Positions 25,687-36,209 of a stretch of 64,000 nucleotides of DNA are shown one piece after another. A program made the translations under genes and the position numbers. Within the stretch, counting starts at the first letter, position 1; the number at the start of each line of letters is the position of its first letter. The DNA is from a virus (taxonomy: Duplodnaviria; Caudoviricetes): positions 32,001 to 96,000 of the IMG/VR virus record IMGVR_UViG_2828164553_000001, one strand, 5' to 3'. The notes below the pieces were generated by a model, which was given only the letters and a program-made list of their open reading frames with translations, was not told the DNA's origin and made no database searches.

Positions 25687-28600
25687 ATGCCGACCAGCAT
25701 CTTTGACCTCACTGCGCCTGCGAAACCGAGAGACCTCAATGAGGTTGTCGCGGAATCGACCCGCAATAACGAGGGTGGACATGTAGCCCGCGTTATGCGC
25801 CGAAAAGAAGCCGAAGCGGCCGACCAGAAGCGCAAGGACGAGACGCCGTTCGGTGAGCTGGTCGGCGCCTCCCAAGTGCAGGGTGGAATCGGCATGATCC
25901 ACCGCGCGTACCAGGAAGACTCGGTGCTTTCCCGTGCCGATCCGGAGTGGAAACTCCCCGAGAAGTTTCAGGCGGAGATGGACCAATTCGGGATCGGCAC
26001 GGATCAGTGGGAACTTTTCAGCCGCGCAACCTCGCAGGAGCATTATGAGCTTCTTCGGGAATTTGCACTTCAAAACGAGATGGCGAAGGAGACCCGTGCG
26101 TCCTTCGGCATGCTCTCAAACTTCGCGTCGGACATGACTGATCCGGTGTTCTTCGCCGCAGACGCTGCCACGGGCGGCCTCGCCCGAGGCGCACGTGCCG
26201 GACGCTTGGCGAATTCTATCCGCGCAGGCTTGGCAGCTGGTACGACCAATGCGGCGATGACGCTCGGAAACTCCAGGTTCAACTCTGAAATCGGAAGCGC
26301 GGATGTCGCTATCTCAGCGGCAGCGGGATTCGCATTAGGCAGCGCCCTCGGAGCACGACGAGGGGAGCATTTCGCGGAATCCGTGAAGGTCGAAGACCTC
26401 GCCAGAAGGGACATCACAGGATCATCCCAAAGCTTGGGCGCGGCGCGCTTGAATGGCCTTCCCGACAACCCAACCCCAGGAATCTCAGAACGCTCTCTTT
26501 CGGATGCGATGCAGGCCCAAGTTGACCGTGGCGTGGACGAGGTATCCATTCAACCTGCCTTCGCCAACATCCGCCTTGCCTTGTCGGCGCAGATGGGGAA
26601 GCTGAAAGATCCAACCGCGCGTGGCGTCGGTCGGTGGCTGTTCCGCGACGGCGTGGGCTACGCAGATCGAAACTTGGCTGTGAAGCAATCTGCAGGTGAG
26701 TACGCCAGCGTCAATCGCGCCACGCTGGAGACCCAGCTACATCGCGGCTTCAACGCAGCCTGGACGGCAGCGCGAGCGAAGCACGGACTGTCCCGCTGGG
26801 ACCGCGGCGGTGAGCTGGCGTGGAGCCGAAAGGTGGCAGATGTACTGCGAGGCGTAAAGGCCGACGACGAGACTGCAAACCAGGCCGCAGCTGCAATTCG
26901 GCCTGTACTCGATGCAACCTACGAGCTGGGCGTTCGTTCGGGCGTCTTGGAGCCAGGAAGCAAGAACCTTGACTACTTCCCGCAGATCCAGTCCAAGCAA
27001 GCGTATCAGCGCATCTTCGGAGAGATGGGCCTGAGCGAGGACCAAGGCGTCGAGCTGTATAAGCAGGCGATCATCGCCGACATGCGCAAGAACGGCGACG
27101 CCTCCAAGCTGGAGAAGTTCGACGAGATTGCTGGCGACTACGTAGGGACCTCCGACCGTGCCCTCCGGGCGCGCGAGAAGGCCGACGACCTGGGTGCGCT
27201 GACTTCCGACAAGCAGGCCGCTGTCCGCTCCGCCGAAGAGGCGCTGAAGGAGCTGGAGGGAATGCCCGGCAAGCAGGGCGACCGTCGCCGCAACGCAGCC
27301 CAGCGCCGCCTGGAGGACACCCGCCGCAAGCTGCAGCGACATAGCGAACGCTTGGACAAGGCCAAAGCTGGCCTAAAGGATGCGCTGGAGCATGAGCAGA
27401 AGACACTACACGCGAGGAATGAAGCCAAGAAGCTCGCCGACGACGGCGGCGTAGACGAGGAACTGGCCGAGCTATATGCCCGCGCACTTATCAAACGCGG
27501 CTCCAGCCTGGTAACTGGCGACACTGGCGCCCCCGTGCGTCCGCTCAACACCGAGTCATTGCAGGAACTCACCGATGCCCTGCGAGATGCTGGGGCGAGC
27601 GACGCGAAGATTACGTCGGTTCTTGGTCGGTACACCGCCCAGATGCAGGAAGGCGCCAAAGCGGGCGCGGCGAAGAAGCGTATCCGCTTCGACCCGAACA
27701 CCGAGATGACATTCACGAACCGCTACGGAGACGATGTGACCCTCAAGGTCACCGACTTCCTCGACAGCGACACCACCCGTGTCGTGTCGTCGCATATCCG
27801 TGAAGTTGTCGGCTGGTCGGCCATGGCTCAAAAGGGAAACATTCGGAACAAAGCGGAGCTGGACGCGCTTCAGCAGCTACTCCGCGAGCAAGCCATCAAG
27901 GCGGGAGATGATCCTGAGAAGACCCTGCGAATGTTGGACATCGGCGTCAAGTCAATCATGGGGCGCTCCACGGAAGTCAACCCAAACAGCACTGCGTCGC
28001 GCTGGTCGCGCGCGCTACGTGACACCCAGTTTCTCCGAGTGATGAACCAGGTTGGCTTCACGCTCTTCACAGAACTAGGGCCAACCGTGGCACACGCGGG
28101 CTTGATGAACACCGCGCGATCAATCGCCTTCATCGGAGACTTCCTCCGCCGCGGCGCGGACGGAACTCTGAAGTCTGGCGAGGCACGCTACATCGAGGAC
28201 CTCGTTGCGACTGGCACAGAGCACCTGCGCAGCCCTGCATTTATGCGGATTGAAGATGACGCTTTCATGCCATCGGTCTACGGCGACAGCAAGTTCGGCA
28301 GAACAATGGAGAATGCCACGATGCTCGGCCAGCGATTCACCAGCATCGCCTCGGGCATGGCCCCCATGAACACTGCCCTGCAGCGCATCGCAGGACGAGC
28401 AACGCTGATGAAGCTGCTTCAGCTAGCGAACGACAAGCGCGCTCTTTCGGAAGGAATGACCCGCCGGATGCGCTCCTACGGTCTCGATCAAGAGGCCCAG
28501 GACGCACTCTTCGCATCTCTCCGGGGCATCAAGAAGGTCGAAGACATCACGGAAGCTGGCCTGAGCTTGGCCGACCGTGAGCGAGTGGCGGCCTTCATGT

Positions 28601-29310
28601 TTCGCGTCACGCGTCAGCAGGTGATCGAAGGCGACGCCAGCGACTCCATCATGCTGATGCACTCGGCGGGCGGAAAGCTGGTCACGCAATTCCGTTCGTT
28701 CATGGCCTACAGCTATGAGCGGCATCTGCTGAACTCCGCCTACCACTGGAAGGACTGGAACACCTACATGATGGTCATGCTATCCAGCTCCATCGCAGCC
28801 CTGCAATGGGCCGCGCGCACGTCACTCAATACGGCGGACGATCCGGAGAAGCGCGAGAAGCAGCTTACGATGGGCAACTTCGTGGCCGCAGGAGTGTCTC
28901 AGTCCTCCTGGGGCGGCGTCATCCAGCCCATCGTGGACACTGCGCTGCCCCTCATGGGCCAAGACCCGGTGTTCGCCAACGCCCGCTCAACGGGCATGTC
29001 GACAAACATCGTGGGCGGTATCCCGGTAGTCGACTTCGCCAACCGCGTGATGGAAGCGTCCTCTATTCCGGCGCAAGCGCTCCGCGACGACCGTGAAGTG
29101 ACCCGTAAGGAGCTGGAGAGCGCAGCCAAGCTGTTCTGGTTCCAGAACCTGACAGGATGGCAGAACATCCAGCGTATGGCGCTCAAGGAGGCGGAGAGTC
29201 GCGGCTTGATAAGCGACGGCTCCGGTGAAGCTGCCGCACGTCGCGAAGACCGAGACAACAAGGAAGACTCTTGGACCGCAAAATCTCTCTTTGGCCTGGA
29301 CACTGAATGA
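25687..29310 (+). CDS. Internal virion protein D (gp16-like)
   Basis: 1207 aa; DYFP and QFRSF motifs; syntenic position. Confidence 0.8.
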   Translation: MPTSIFDLTAPAKPRDLNEVVAESTRNNEGGHVARVMRRKEAEAADQKRKDETPFGELVGASQVQGGIGMIHRAYQEDSVLSRADPEWKLPEKFQAEMDQFGIGTDQWELFSRATSQEHYELLREFALQNEMAKETRASFGMLSNFASDMTDPVFFAADAATGGLARGARAGRLANSIRAGLAAGTTNAAMTLGNSRFNSEIGSADVAISAAAGFALGSALGARRGEHFAESVKVEDLARRDITGSSQSLGAARLNGLPDNPTPGISERSLSDAMQAQVDRGVDEVSIQPAFANIRLALSAQMGKLKDPTARGVGRWLFRDGVGYADRNLAVKQSAGEYASVNRATLETQLHRGFNAAWTAARAKHGLSRWDRGGELAWSRKVADVLRGVKADDETANQAAAAIRPVLDATYELGVRSGVLEPGSKNLDYFPQIQSKQAYQRIFGEMGLSEDQGVELYKQAIIADMRKNGDASKLEKFDEIAGDYVGTSDRALRAREKADDLGALTSDKQAAVRSAEEALKELEGMPGKQGDRRRNAAQRRLEDTRRKLQRHSERLDKAKAGLKDALEHEQKTLHARNEAKKLADDGGVDEELAELYARALIKRGSSLVTGDTGAPVRPLNTESLQELTDALRDAGASDAKITSVLGRYTAQMQEGAKAGAAKKRIRFDPNTEMTFTNRYGDDVTLKVTDFLDSDTTRVVSSHIREVVGWSAMAQKGNIRNKAELDALQQLLREQAIKAGDDPEKTLRMLDIGVKSIMGRSTEVNPNSTASRWSRALRDTQFLRVMNQVGFTLFTELGPTVAHAGLMNTARSIAFIGDFLRRGADGTLKSGEARYIEDLVATGTEHLRSPAFMRIEDDAFMPSVYGDSKFGRTMENATMLGQRFTSIASGMAPMNTALQRIAGRATLMKLLQLANDKRALSEGMTRRMRSYGLDQEAQDALFASLRGIKKVEDITEAGLSLADRERVAAFMFRVTRQQVIEGDASDSIMLMHSAGGKLVTQFRSFMAYSYERHLLNSAYHWKDWNTYMMVMLSSSIAALQWAARTSLNTADDPEKREKQLTMGNFVAAGVSQSSWGGVIQPIVDTALPLMGQDPVFANARSTGMSTNIVGGIPVVDFANRVMEASSIPAQALRDDREVTRKELESAAKLFWFQNLTGWQNIQRMALKEAESRGLISDGSGEAAARREDRDNKEDSWTAKSLFGLDTE

Positions 29311-31340
29311 TTGAACAAAACCGAGGCCTGTCCTTCGTGGCTTACACCTACGAAGGCGGGCCTCGGCGCTTCACCTGCACGTTCCCGCGACTGAAGCAGG
29401 AACACGTGCGCGTGCTTGTGGGTGACCCAAAGTCACCCCGGACGGTACTCGGCAAGTGGATCAACGCCACGACCGTCGAGATTCCCGACCAATCCGAATA
29501 CCTCGCGACGCCTTACAGCGTCCTACTGCGCCGGGTTACGCCGTTCGCAGAACAGGCGATCCTCTTTCAGGACGCCGCAACACTGCCGGCAGGCCAGCTC
29601 AACACCGCCATCCGGCAGCTTCTCTTCGTACAGCAGGAGGTTGCCGAGTTTGGCGTCGGCACCGGAAGCGTGCCAGGCAGTGGGCTGCCGGGGAACGGCG
29701 GGGGCAACCTGCCGGATATCCAGACCATCGTCGACCAGGTCGTGCAGTCGCCGGCCTACCAGATTCTCCAGCAACGCATCCCAGAGATTGACGCCAACGC
29801 CGAACTCATCATGCAGGAGCTTCTCCGCTCCAATGAGTTCTTCGACACGAAGCGCGACTACGGAGACCGCATCTCCGAAGCGTCCACCCGCATCGCCCTC
29901 ATTGAAGACGGCGACAAGGTGACTGCTGAGCAGATCACCACGCTATTGGCTAGGATGGTCAGGAATGAGACCGATGTAGCGGCCAGCTTCGATCAGATCA
30001 ACCGGGCAATCGCCACGGAGACTGAAGCGCGTGTCGAATCGCTCACCGACATGCACGCGCAGATCGCCGCGGAGACCGGAACGCTTGTTGCTCAGGCGGT
30101 CGATAGTGTGGAGGTGGTAGTCAACAAGGTCGAGTCGAGAGTCACTACGGCCGAGGGCCGGCTGGCGGTCCACGGCGAATCCATCGCGGCTACCAATGAA
30201 TCATTGGAAGTCGTCGCCAATGATGCCCAGGCAAGCACCGAGTGGCGTCAGCTGTTTGCTGCGCAGTACGGCGCCCCGGGCGCTACCGGCGCATCGGTGG
30301 CCGCCGCCGTCAAGCAGCAGATCGACACCAAGGCGACACCAGCCGAAGCACGAAGCATCGCCAACACGTCAGTGACGGCGTTCGCAAACGGCACCTTCGC
30401 GGCCCTGCAGCAGTCCTATACGGCCTATGTGAGTGCGAACGACGCCAAGTGGTCCGGCACGTGGTCCCTTCGGATCAACGGAGGCGACCCTAACAACCCA
30501 GTCGTCGCAGGTATCGCACTCAGTGCGTACCCTGGCGGATCGGACTTCGTTGTCCAGTCGGATCGCTTCGCCATCACGACCCCGACCGCGGGCTATAGCG
30601 CTCGCAAGTTCCCCTTCGTGGTCGGGACCGTGGGCGGCTTGAGCACGGTAGGAATCACCGGGCAACTGTTGGTGGATGGATCGATCACCGCGAACAAGCT
30701 GACCGTGAACTCGCTGGCCGCCATCACCGCCAACATGGGCACCGTCAACGGCGGCACGTTCAAGACACACACGCTCGATGTCAACGGCAACATCGTCAAC
30801 GCGCACGAGTTTCGCGTCGAACTGTCGAACGTTGGCACATGGCCCATCTGGGTCGGGGCCGGAGACAAGAACGAGAACAATGCCGTCTTCTGGGTAGATC
30901 GCTCGGGCAACGCAGGCTTCAAAGGCCGAGTATCTGCGCCAAACATTGTCGGCAACTTCAATCGCCTGGCCCCTGTAGATTGGACCGGATCGGTGTCGAT
31001 GAATAACACCACGGGAATCGTCAACTTCACGCTACCTGCGCCTGTGCTGCTGGGCGAATCACACACCCCGCTGATCGTACTCAGTGCAGGCGTGGACCAT
31101 GCGTCTTCGGACAATGGGCGTGCCTTCATCTACATCCAGAAGCTAGTTGGTGCGGCCTGGGTGACAGTGGATACCTACTTCATCATTCAGGGCTCGGGCC
31201 ACAAGTTCAACCATGCGCTCAATTACGTCGGAGACCCGACAACGGCGGAAGCCACCTACCGTGTGGCCATCGCCGATTCTTCGCGCGGTGACCGCTTGAT
31301 CATCACCAAGGTCCGTGGATTCATCCAAGGACTCCGATAA
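29307..31340 (+). CDS. Tail fibre: T7 gp17 N-terminal adaptor plus J-like distal domains
   Basis: FTCTFP.L...V.V, RRVTP, FQDAA..QLN..QLLFVQQE adaptor; coiled coil; SDFVVQSDRFAI and GSITANKL segments. Confidence 0.85.
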   Translation: MIEQNRGLSFVAYTYEGGPRRFTCTFPRLKQEHVRVLVGDPKSPRTVLGKWINATTVEIPDQSEYLATPYSVLLRRVTPFAEQAILFQDAATLPAGQLNTAIRQLLFVQQEVAEFGVGTGSVPGSGLPGNGGGNLPDIQTIVDQVVQSPAYQILQQRIPEIDANAELIMQELLRSNEFFDTKRDYGDRISEASTRIALIEDGDKVTAEQITTLLARMVRNETDVAASFDQINRAIATETEARVESLTDMHAQIAAETGTLVAQAVDSVEVVVNKVESRVTTAEGRLAVHGESIAATNESLEVVANDAQASTEWRQLFAAQYGAPGATGASVAAAVKQQIDTKATPAEARSIANTSVTAFANGTFAALQQSYTAYVSANDAKWSGTWSLRINGGDPNNPVVAGIALSAYPGGSDFVVQSDRFAITTPTAGYSARKFPFVVGTVGGLSTVGITGQLLVDGSITANKLTVNSLAAITANMGTVNGGTFKTHTLDVNGNIVNAHEFRVELSNVGTWPIWVGAGDKNENNAVFWVDRSGNAGFKGRVSAPNIVGNFNRLAPVDWTGSVSMNNTTGIVNFTLPAPVLLGESHTPLIVLSAGVDHASSDNGRAFIYIQKLVGAAWVTVDTYFIIQGSGHKFNHALNYVGDPTTAEATYRVAIADSSRGDRLIITKVRGFIQGLR

Positions 31341-31350
31341 CGAGGAACAA

Positions 31351-33375
31351 ATGGCAGAAACACCAGGCTACGTTTCCAATGCAAAGCTTGCAGAGCGCAT
31401 CTCGGCATTGGTAGACCGCTGGAACACGCGCGAAAATCAGATGATCGCGCTTCTGGCTCAACCCGAAGGATACGTAACGGTCACTGACGGCCTCGGCAAG
31501 GATCACGTCCTACCGTCCTTTCTGCAGCTCTCCAGGGATGTCTCGGAGCTTGTGGACGAACTTACGGGCGCCGTCAGCGGCGCTTCCGAGTTCGCCAATA
31601 CGGCCCGACTGTACGCTGAGGGCGCGCAGGCGTCTGCCAACGATGCACAAACGAGCGCTGAAGACGCAGCCGTGCAACTCGCAGACGCGACCGGGCGGGC
31701 AGAAGCAGCGGCTGCAAGTGCGACCGCAAGCGCCGCAAGCGCCTCCGCCTCAGAGTCGAGCAACCAATCGGCCGGACTACACGACAGCGCTGCATCCGCC
31801 AGCGCAGCCGATGCTGATGCTGATGCGATCCAAGCATCGAACTCCAAGGCCCAGGCCGTGGCCTCCGCAAGCGCAGCAGCGTCAAGTGAAGTCCAGGCGG
31901 CTTCCTACGCCCACCAGGCGGAAGATTGGAGCGACCAGGCACAGTCGTGGGCAAACGCTCCGGCTGGTACTGAGATTGAGCCAGGAGCGTTTTCAGCTAA
32001 ACACTGGTCCGAGCAAGCCAAGGCATCCCTCACTGGCACACTGGTCTACCGAGGCGGCTGGGACGCCGGCACTGGCGCGTTCCCATCGAGCGGTAACACT
32101 GGCGCGTTCTACAAGGTCACCGGAGGCGGCGCGATTGGCGGACGTCAGTACAACCCCGGTGACCAGATCGTCCATAACGGCTCTGGCTGGGACCACATCG
32201 ACAACACCGAACAGGTCACGTCGGTAGCCGGCAAGTCCGGGGCGGTCCAGCTGGTGCCCAGCGACATCTCCGGCCTGGGCACTCTAGCGACGCGCGACAC
32301 CGTGGACTTCAGTAGCCATGTCATAAACAAGCCAGCTTCGTATCCTCCTAGCGGACATATGCACACGAAGGGCGATGTAGGGCTTTCAAACGTGGACAAC
32401 ACCTCCGACGCGAACAAGCCAGTCAGCACCGCTCAGCAGACTTCACTGGATTTCAAAGCACCAATCGACAAGCCAGTCTTCACCGGGGGCGTAACAGTTC
32501 GGAACAACTTCCTTCGAGTAAGCGGCTGGCAATCGGTTCCCAACGATGGCGTGGTCTATTTCGGAGCGAGTGATAGCTGGCTCTTCAAGCAGGGAGATGC
32601 TTTCAGATTTCAGGTTGAAGGAAAGTTTAATGCAGTCCTGGATTCCTCTGGGACTGTCTGGACATCCGGAAACTTTAATCCGGCCTCCAAGGCCGATGTT
32701 GGCGGACAGCCGCGCTTCGCTGGCGTTTTTGTTGGCGCCAACAACGATCAATACCTCTACACTGAAGATGCGAATCAAAGCGTGGTACTGCGCTTCGGCT
32801 ATGGCACTTCTTTCAAGTACGCGAAGTGGAATGGCGTCACCGGCGCTTTCACCGCGCCCCACCTAATCGCGGGCGGAACCGGCAACGGAGCTTACGTACA
32901 GATTGGCGATGACGCGCGTTTGGTTGACATTGGCAGGAGCCACACCACTGCTATCCAAAGTACAGCGAATGGAAATATCGGATTTCTGCAGTTCGGATCG
33001 GGACCGACAATTGGCTGGGATGGCGCCACCCTGCAAGCGGCGGGACAAGAAATCAAGCATGCAGGCAATACCGGGTATTACGGTGTAAGTGGGCGGCAGC
33101 ATAGCGACTGGAATACCTGCGTCACTCAGGGCATCTGGATGGCTGTAGGCGCCACCAACTCTCCTGACAATTCCGATTGGTGGCTAGGCCACGTAACCGT
33201 ACACAACGGCGATTGGGTGCAGCAGGAGGTAATCAACTTCACCTCAAATCCGCCCAAGCAGTTCCGCCGCCAAAGGCAGGGCGGTAGCTGGGGCGCCTGG
33301 CAACAATGCGGCATGGTCATCGTATCGACCACAGACCCTGGCGGCGCCGATGGCGTCCTTTGGATTCAGCCGTAA
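31351..33375 (+). CDS. Second tail fibre protein
   Basis: GAGGA RBS; Ala-rich stalk, VGLSNVDNTSDANKPVST repeat, WGAWQ knob. Confidence 0.85.
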   Translation: MAETPGYVSNAKLAERISALVDRWNTRENQMIALLAQPEGYVTVTDGLGKDHVLPSFLQLSRDVSELVDELTGAVSGASEFANTARLYAEGAQASANDAQTSAEDAAVQLADATGRAEAAAASATASAASASASESSNQSAGLHDSAASASAADADADAIQASNSKAQAVASASAAASSEVQAASYAHQAEDWSDQAQSWANAPAGTEIEPGAFSAKHWSEQAKASLTGTLVYRGGWDAGTGAFPSSGNTGAFYKVTGGGAIGGRQYNPGDQIVHNGSGWDHIDNTEQVTSVAGKSGAVQLVPSDISGLGTLATRDTVDFSSHVINKPASYPPSGHMHTKGDVGLSNVDNTSDANKPVSTAQQTSLDFKAPIDKPVFTGGVTVRNNFLRVSGWQSVPNDGVVYFGASDSWLFKQGDAFRFQVEGKFNAVLDSSGTVWTSGNFNPASKADVGGQPRFAGVFVGANNDQYLYTEDANQSVVLRFGYGTSFKYAKWNGVTGAFTAPHLIAGGTGNGAYVQIGDDARLVDIGRSHTTAIQSTANGNIGFLQFGSGPTIGWDGATLQAAGQEIKHAGNTGYYGVSGRQHSDWNTCVTQGIWMAVGATNSPDNSDWWLGHVTVHNGDWVQQEVINFTSNPPKQFRRQRQGGSWGAWQQCGMVIVSTTDPGGADGVLWIQP

Positions 33376-33839
33376 TGAGTGGCTGGCTTATCAAATGGGG
33401 CGGTGCATATCGACAGCCGTGGATAGTGCGCCTCAAATGGGGCGGCGCGTGGATCAATCCAGCTGCCGTTCGCCTCAGATGGGGCGGCGGCTGGGTGACC
33501 GTCTACACCGCCTACACCCCACTCTCCAGCAATGCCACTGGAAGCTCCGCTCAGTACAACAACGGCAATAGCCGCACACCTATGACCCGGCAGCTAGGAG
33601 CGCGCGCGACTGTCTACACCGCAGGAGGGAACGGGAACCTCACGTACTCCTGGTTCGTGAGCAGCTCTAGCCAAGTGTCGAATGTATCGCTTGGCCCATC
33701 TGGGCCGTACTGCGATGTAAATGTCACCGCCACTCTAAACCAAAGCGGAAGCGTCACCGTGGGATGCACCGTCACTGACGGACAGAGCAGCACCACCGCC
33801 TACGCGACGACTCGCTATGACTACTACAACACCGTCTAA
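33375..33839 (+). CDS. Tail-fibre tip adhesin-like protein
   Basis: TAATG overlap; three (K/R)WGG(A/G)(Y/W) repeats, then a Ser/Thr-rich Ig-like beta domain. Confidence 0.6.
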   Translation: MSGWLIKWGGAYRQPWIVRLKWGGAWINPAAVRLRWGGGWVTVYTAYTPLSSNATGSSAQYNNGNSRTPMTRQLGARATVYTAGGNGNLTYSWFVSSSSQVSNVSLGPSGPYCDVNVTATLNQSGSVTVGCTVTDGQSSTTAYATTRYDYYNTV

Positions 33840-34119
33840 GGACTCATTGAACAAAGAAGAACTTACGCTCCTCGGCACCCTAGGTGCTGTCGGAGCGCTG
33901 ATCGGCATCGCAAAGCTGCTGGTCTCCGATGAACCCCTCAAGCCTCGCCAGGTCATCGGCCGTGCACTACTGCACGCCGGTCTGGGCGTTGCCTCAGCCG
34001 CAATCCTTGTGCTGATCCCCGGCTTGGGCACTGCCGCAATCGTCGGCATCGCCTGTGTGTTCTCCTCGCTCGGCACTTCCGCACTGGAAGCGGCCTTCAA
34101 CAAGTACCTGAAGAAGTGA
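33817..34119 (+). CDS. Holin
   Basis: Multiple TM segments, basic C-terminus, gp17.5 position. Confidence 0.75.
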   Translation: MTTTTPSKDSLNKEELTLLGTLGAVGALIGIAKLLVSDEPLKPRQVIGRALLHAGLGVASAAILVLIPGLGTAAIVGIACVFSSLGTSALEAAFNKYLKK

Positions 34120-34361
34120 GCAAGGCAAGCAAGGATTCGATGGAACGCCTGCATGGCGCCATCGCAGACAAGCTGAGCGACACCATCGAGAACATGGAGG
34201 CAGGCGACAAGGGACTGGCCGCGTTACTGAACGTGGCCCGCCAATTCCTCAAGGACAATGGCATCGACTCCGTGGCAACTGAGACCAATCCGGTTGGCAA
34301 GGTAGCCGAGGCAGTCTCGAAGCATCCCTTCGATCCCTCCGAGAGCCTGAAGCACCACTGA
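34116..34361 (+). CDS. Terminase small subunit (gp18-like)
   Basis: LH...LLNVARQFLKDNGI; precedes the large subunit. Confidence 0.85.
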   Translation: MSKASKDSMERLHGAIADKLSDTIENMEAGDKGLAALLNVARQFLKDNGIDSVATETNPVGKVAEAVSKHPFDPSESLKHH

Positions 34362-36040
34362 TGGGGGCGTCGGGGATTACTTCCCTGCACGTCATCCACC
34401 CCTGGGAGGACTTCCGTAACTTCGCGTTCGACCTCTGGACGCATCTGGCCCTGCCGTCGCCAACGCCCGTGCAGTACGACATCTGTTCGTACCTCCAGCA
34501 CGGGCCGCGGCGCCGCATGGTCCAGGCGTTCCGAGGCGTGGGCAAGTCATTCCTCACGGCTGGATACGTGTGCTGGCTTCTCTGGAAAGACCCGCAGCAC
34601 AAGATCATGGTGGTCTCGGCGAGCAAGGAGCGCGCTGACGCGTTCTCGGTGTTCGTTAAACAGATCATCGAGACCTTCGAGCCGCTGTCGCACCTGCGCC
34701 CCCGCAGCGACCAGCGCAACTCCAACCTGGCCTTCGACGTTGGCCCTGCCCTCCCCGACCAATCGCCTTCGGTGAAGTCGGTAGGCATCACAGGCCAGCT
34801 TACCGGCTCGCGCGCTAACACGATTATTCCCGATGACATCGAGGTCGTGAAGAACTCGCAGACCATCGTGCAGCGAGAGAAGCTCGCAGAACTCATCAAG
34901 GAGTTCGATGCGGTACTGAAGCCAGGTGGACAGGTGATCTACCTCGGCACGCCACAGACCGAAGAGTCGCTCTACAACAAGCTGCCGGAACGCGGGTACG
35001 ACATCCGCATTTGGCCCGCACGCTTTCCGAAGGACATGAAGCAGCGCGTCGCATACGGCGCCATGCTCGCTCCAGTGATCGCGGCGGCGTTCGACGACAA
35101 TCAGGCCCTCGCCTGGACGCCGACCGACTCCAGGCGCTTCGACGAGAAGGACCTGATGGAGCGCGAAGCGTCCTACGGACGTGCTGGTTTCGCTCTGCAG
35201 TTCATGCTGGACACCACGCTATCTGACGCTGAGAAGTATCCGCTCAAGCTGTCGGACTTCATCGTCATGGACGTTGATCGCGAGGTCGCGCCGATCCGTG
35301 TCGTGTGGTCCTCCGGTAAACAGCAGGTGGTCGAGGAATTGCCCTCCGTGGGCTTTTCGGGCGACCGCTGGCACCAGCCGATGTACGTGGCTCCCGAGAT
35401 GGAAGAGTTCACCGGATCGCTGATGACCGTCGATCCGTCCGGACGGGGCGGCGACGAGACGGGCTTCTGCGTCACCAAAGTTCTGCGCGGCATGATTTAC
35501 CTGCGCCGCTCGGGCGGCTTCAAGGGCGGCTACGAGGACTCCACGCTGGAGGGCTTAGCGCACATTGCGCGCGCAGAGAAGGTCCAGCTAATCCTTGTCG
35601 AATCAAACTTCGGCGACGGCATGTTCAACAAGCTGTTCGAGCCGGTTCTGAAGCGGATCTACCCGTGCTCCGTCGAGGAAATCAAACACTCAACGCAGAA
35701 GGAGCGCCGAATCTGCGACACCATCGAGCCGGTTTTGAACCAGCATCGCCTGGTCGTGGACAAGGCCGTAATCCGCGCCGACGCGGACACCGAAAACCAC
35801 CACTACCAACTGTTCCACCAACTCTCCCGAATGACCCGCGACCGCGGCGCCGTCAAGCACGACGACCGCGTGGAACCGCTCGCAATGGCACTCGCGTACT
35901 GGGCCGACCAGCTTGCACGCAATGTTGAAGACGAAGAGTCGCGGCGCATGGAGGAACTGCAAGAACAGGACTACCTCGACTTCATCCAATCGGTCACTGG
36001 CCGTGCGGTGGACGAGGCGAACTTCTACGACAACTACTAA
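34361..36040 (+). CDS. Terminase large subunit (gp19)
   Basis: QAFRGVGKS, GQLTGSRA, LGTPQ, VDPSGRGGDETG, HDDR motifs. Confidence 0.97.
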   Translation: MGASGITSLHVIHPWEDFRNFAFDLWTHLALPSPTPVQYDICSYLQHGPRRRMVQAFRGVGKSFLTAGYVCWLLWKDPQHKIMVVSASKERADAFSVFVKQIIETFEPLSHLRPRSDQRNSNLAFDVGPALPDQSPSVKSVGITGQLTGSRANTIIPDDIEVVKNSQTIVQREKLAELIKEFDAVLKPGGQVIYLGTPQTEESLYNKLPERGYDIRIWPARFPKDMKQRVAYGAMLAPVIAAAFDDNQALAWTPTDSRRFDEKDLMEREASYGRAGFALQFMLDTTLSDAEKYPLKLSDFIVMDVDREVAPIRVVWSSGKQQVVEELPSVGFSGDRWHQPMYVAPEMEEFTGSLMTVDPSGRGGDETGFCVTKVLRGMIYLRRSGGFKGGYEDSTLEGLAHIARAEKVQLILVESNFGDGMFNKLFEPVLKRIYPCSVEEIKHSTQKERRICDTIEPVLNQHRLVVDKAVIRADADTENHHYQLFHQLSRMTRDRGAVKHDDRVEPLAMALAYWADQLARNVEDEESRRMEELQEQDYLDFIQSVTGRAVDEANFYDNY

Positions 36041-36053
36041 CCAAGGAACCACC

Positions 36054-36209
36054 ATGACCGAGTTTTTAATCACTGCCGCCGTCTTCCTGGCGTTCGGCCT
36101 GTTTATCCGTAACCGCATCCGCAAGGCCAAGGCAGCGTCCGCATCTTCGGCCGGCGCACCTGTCGGCGGCGGCTCCACTGGCACCAAGCCGCACACGCAG
36201 GTTCGTTGA
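36054..36209 (+). CDS. Small single-TM protein
   Basis: AAGGA RBS; MTEFLITAAVFLAFGLFIRNRIRK. Confidence 0.6.
   Translation: MTEFLITAAVFLAFGLFIRNRIRKAKAASASSAGAPVGGGSTGTKPHTQVR

Noticed and set aside
31620-31920. GCC/GCA-rich quasi-repeats
   Set aside because: Ala/Ser-rich fibre stalk coding sequence, not a DNA repeat element.
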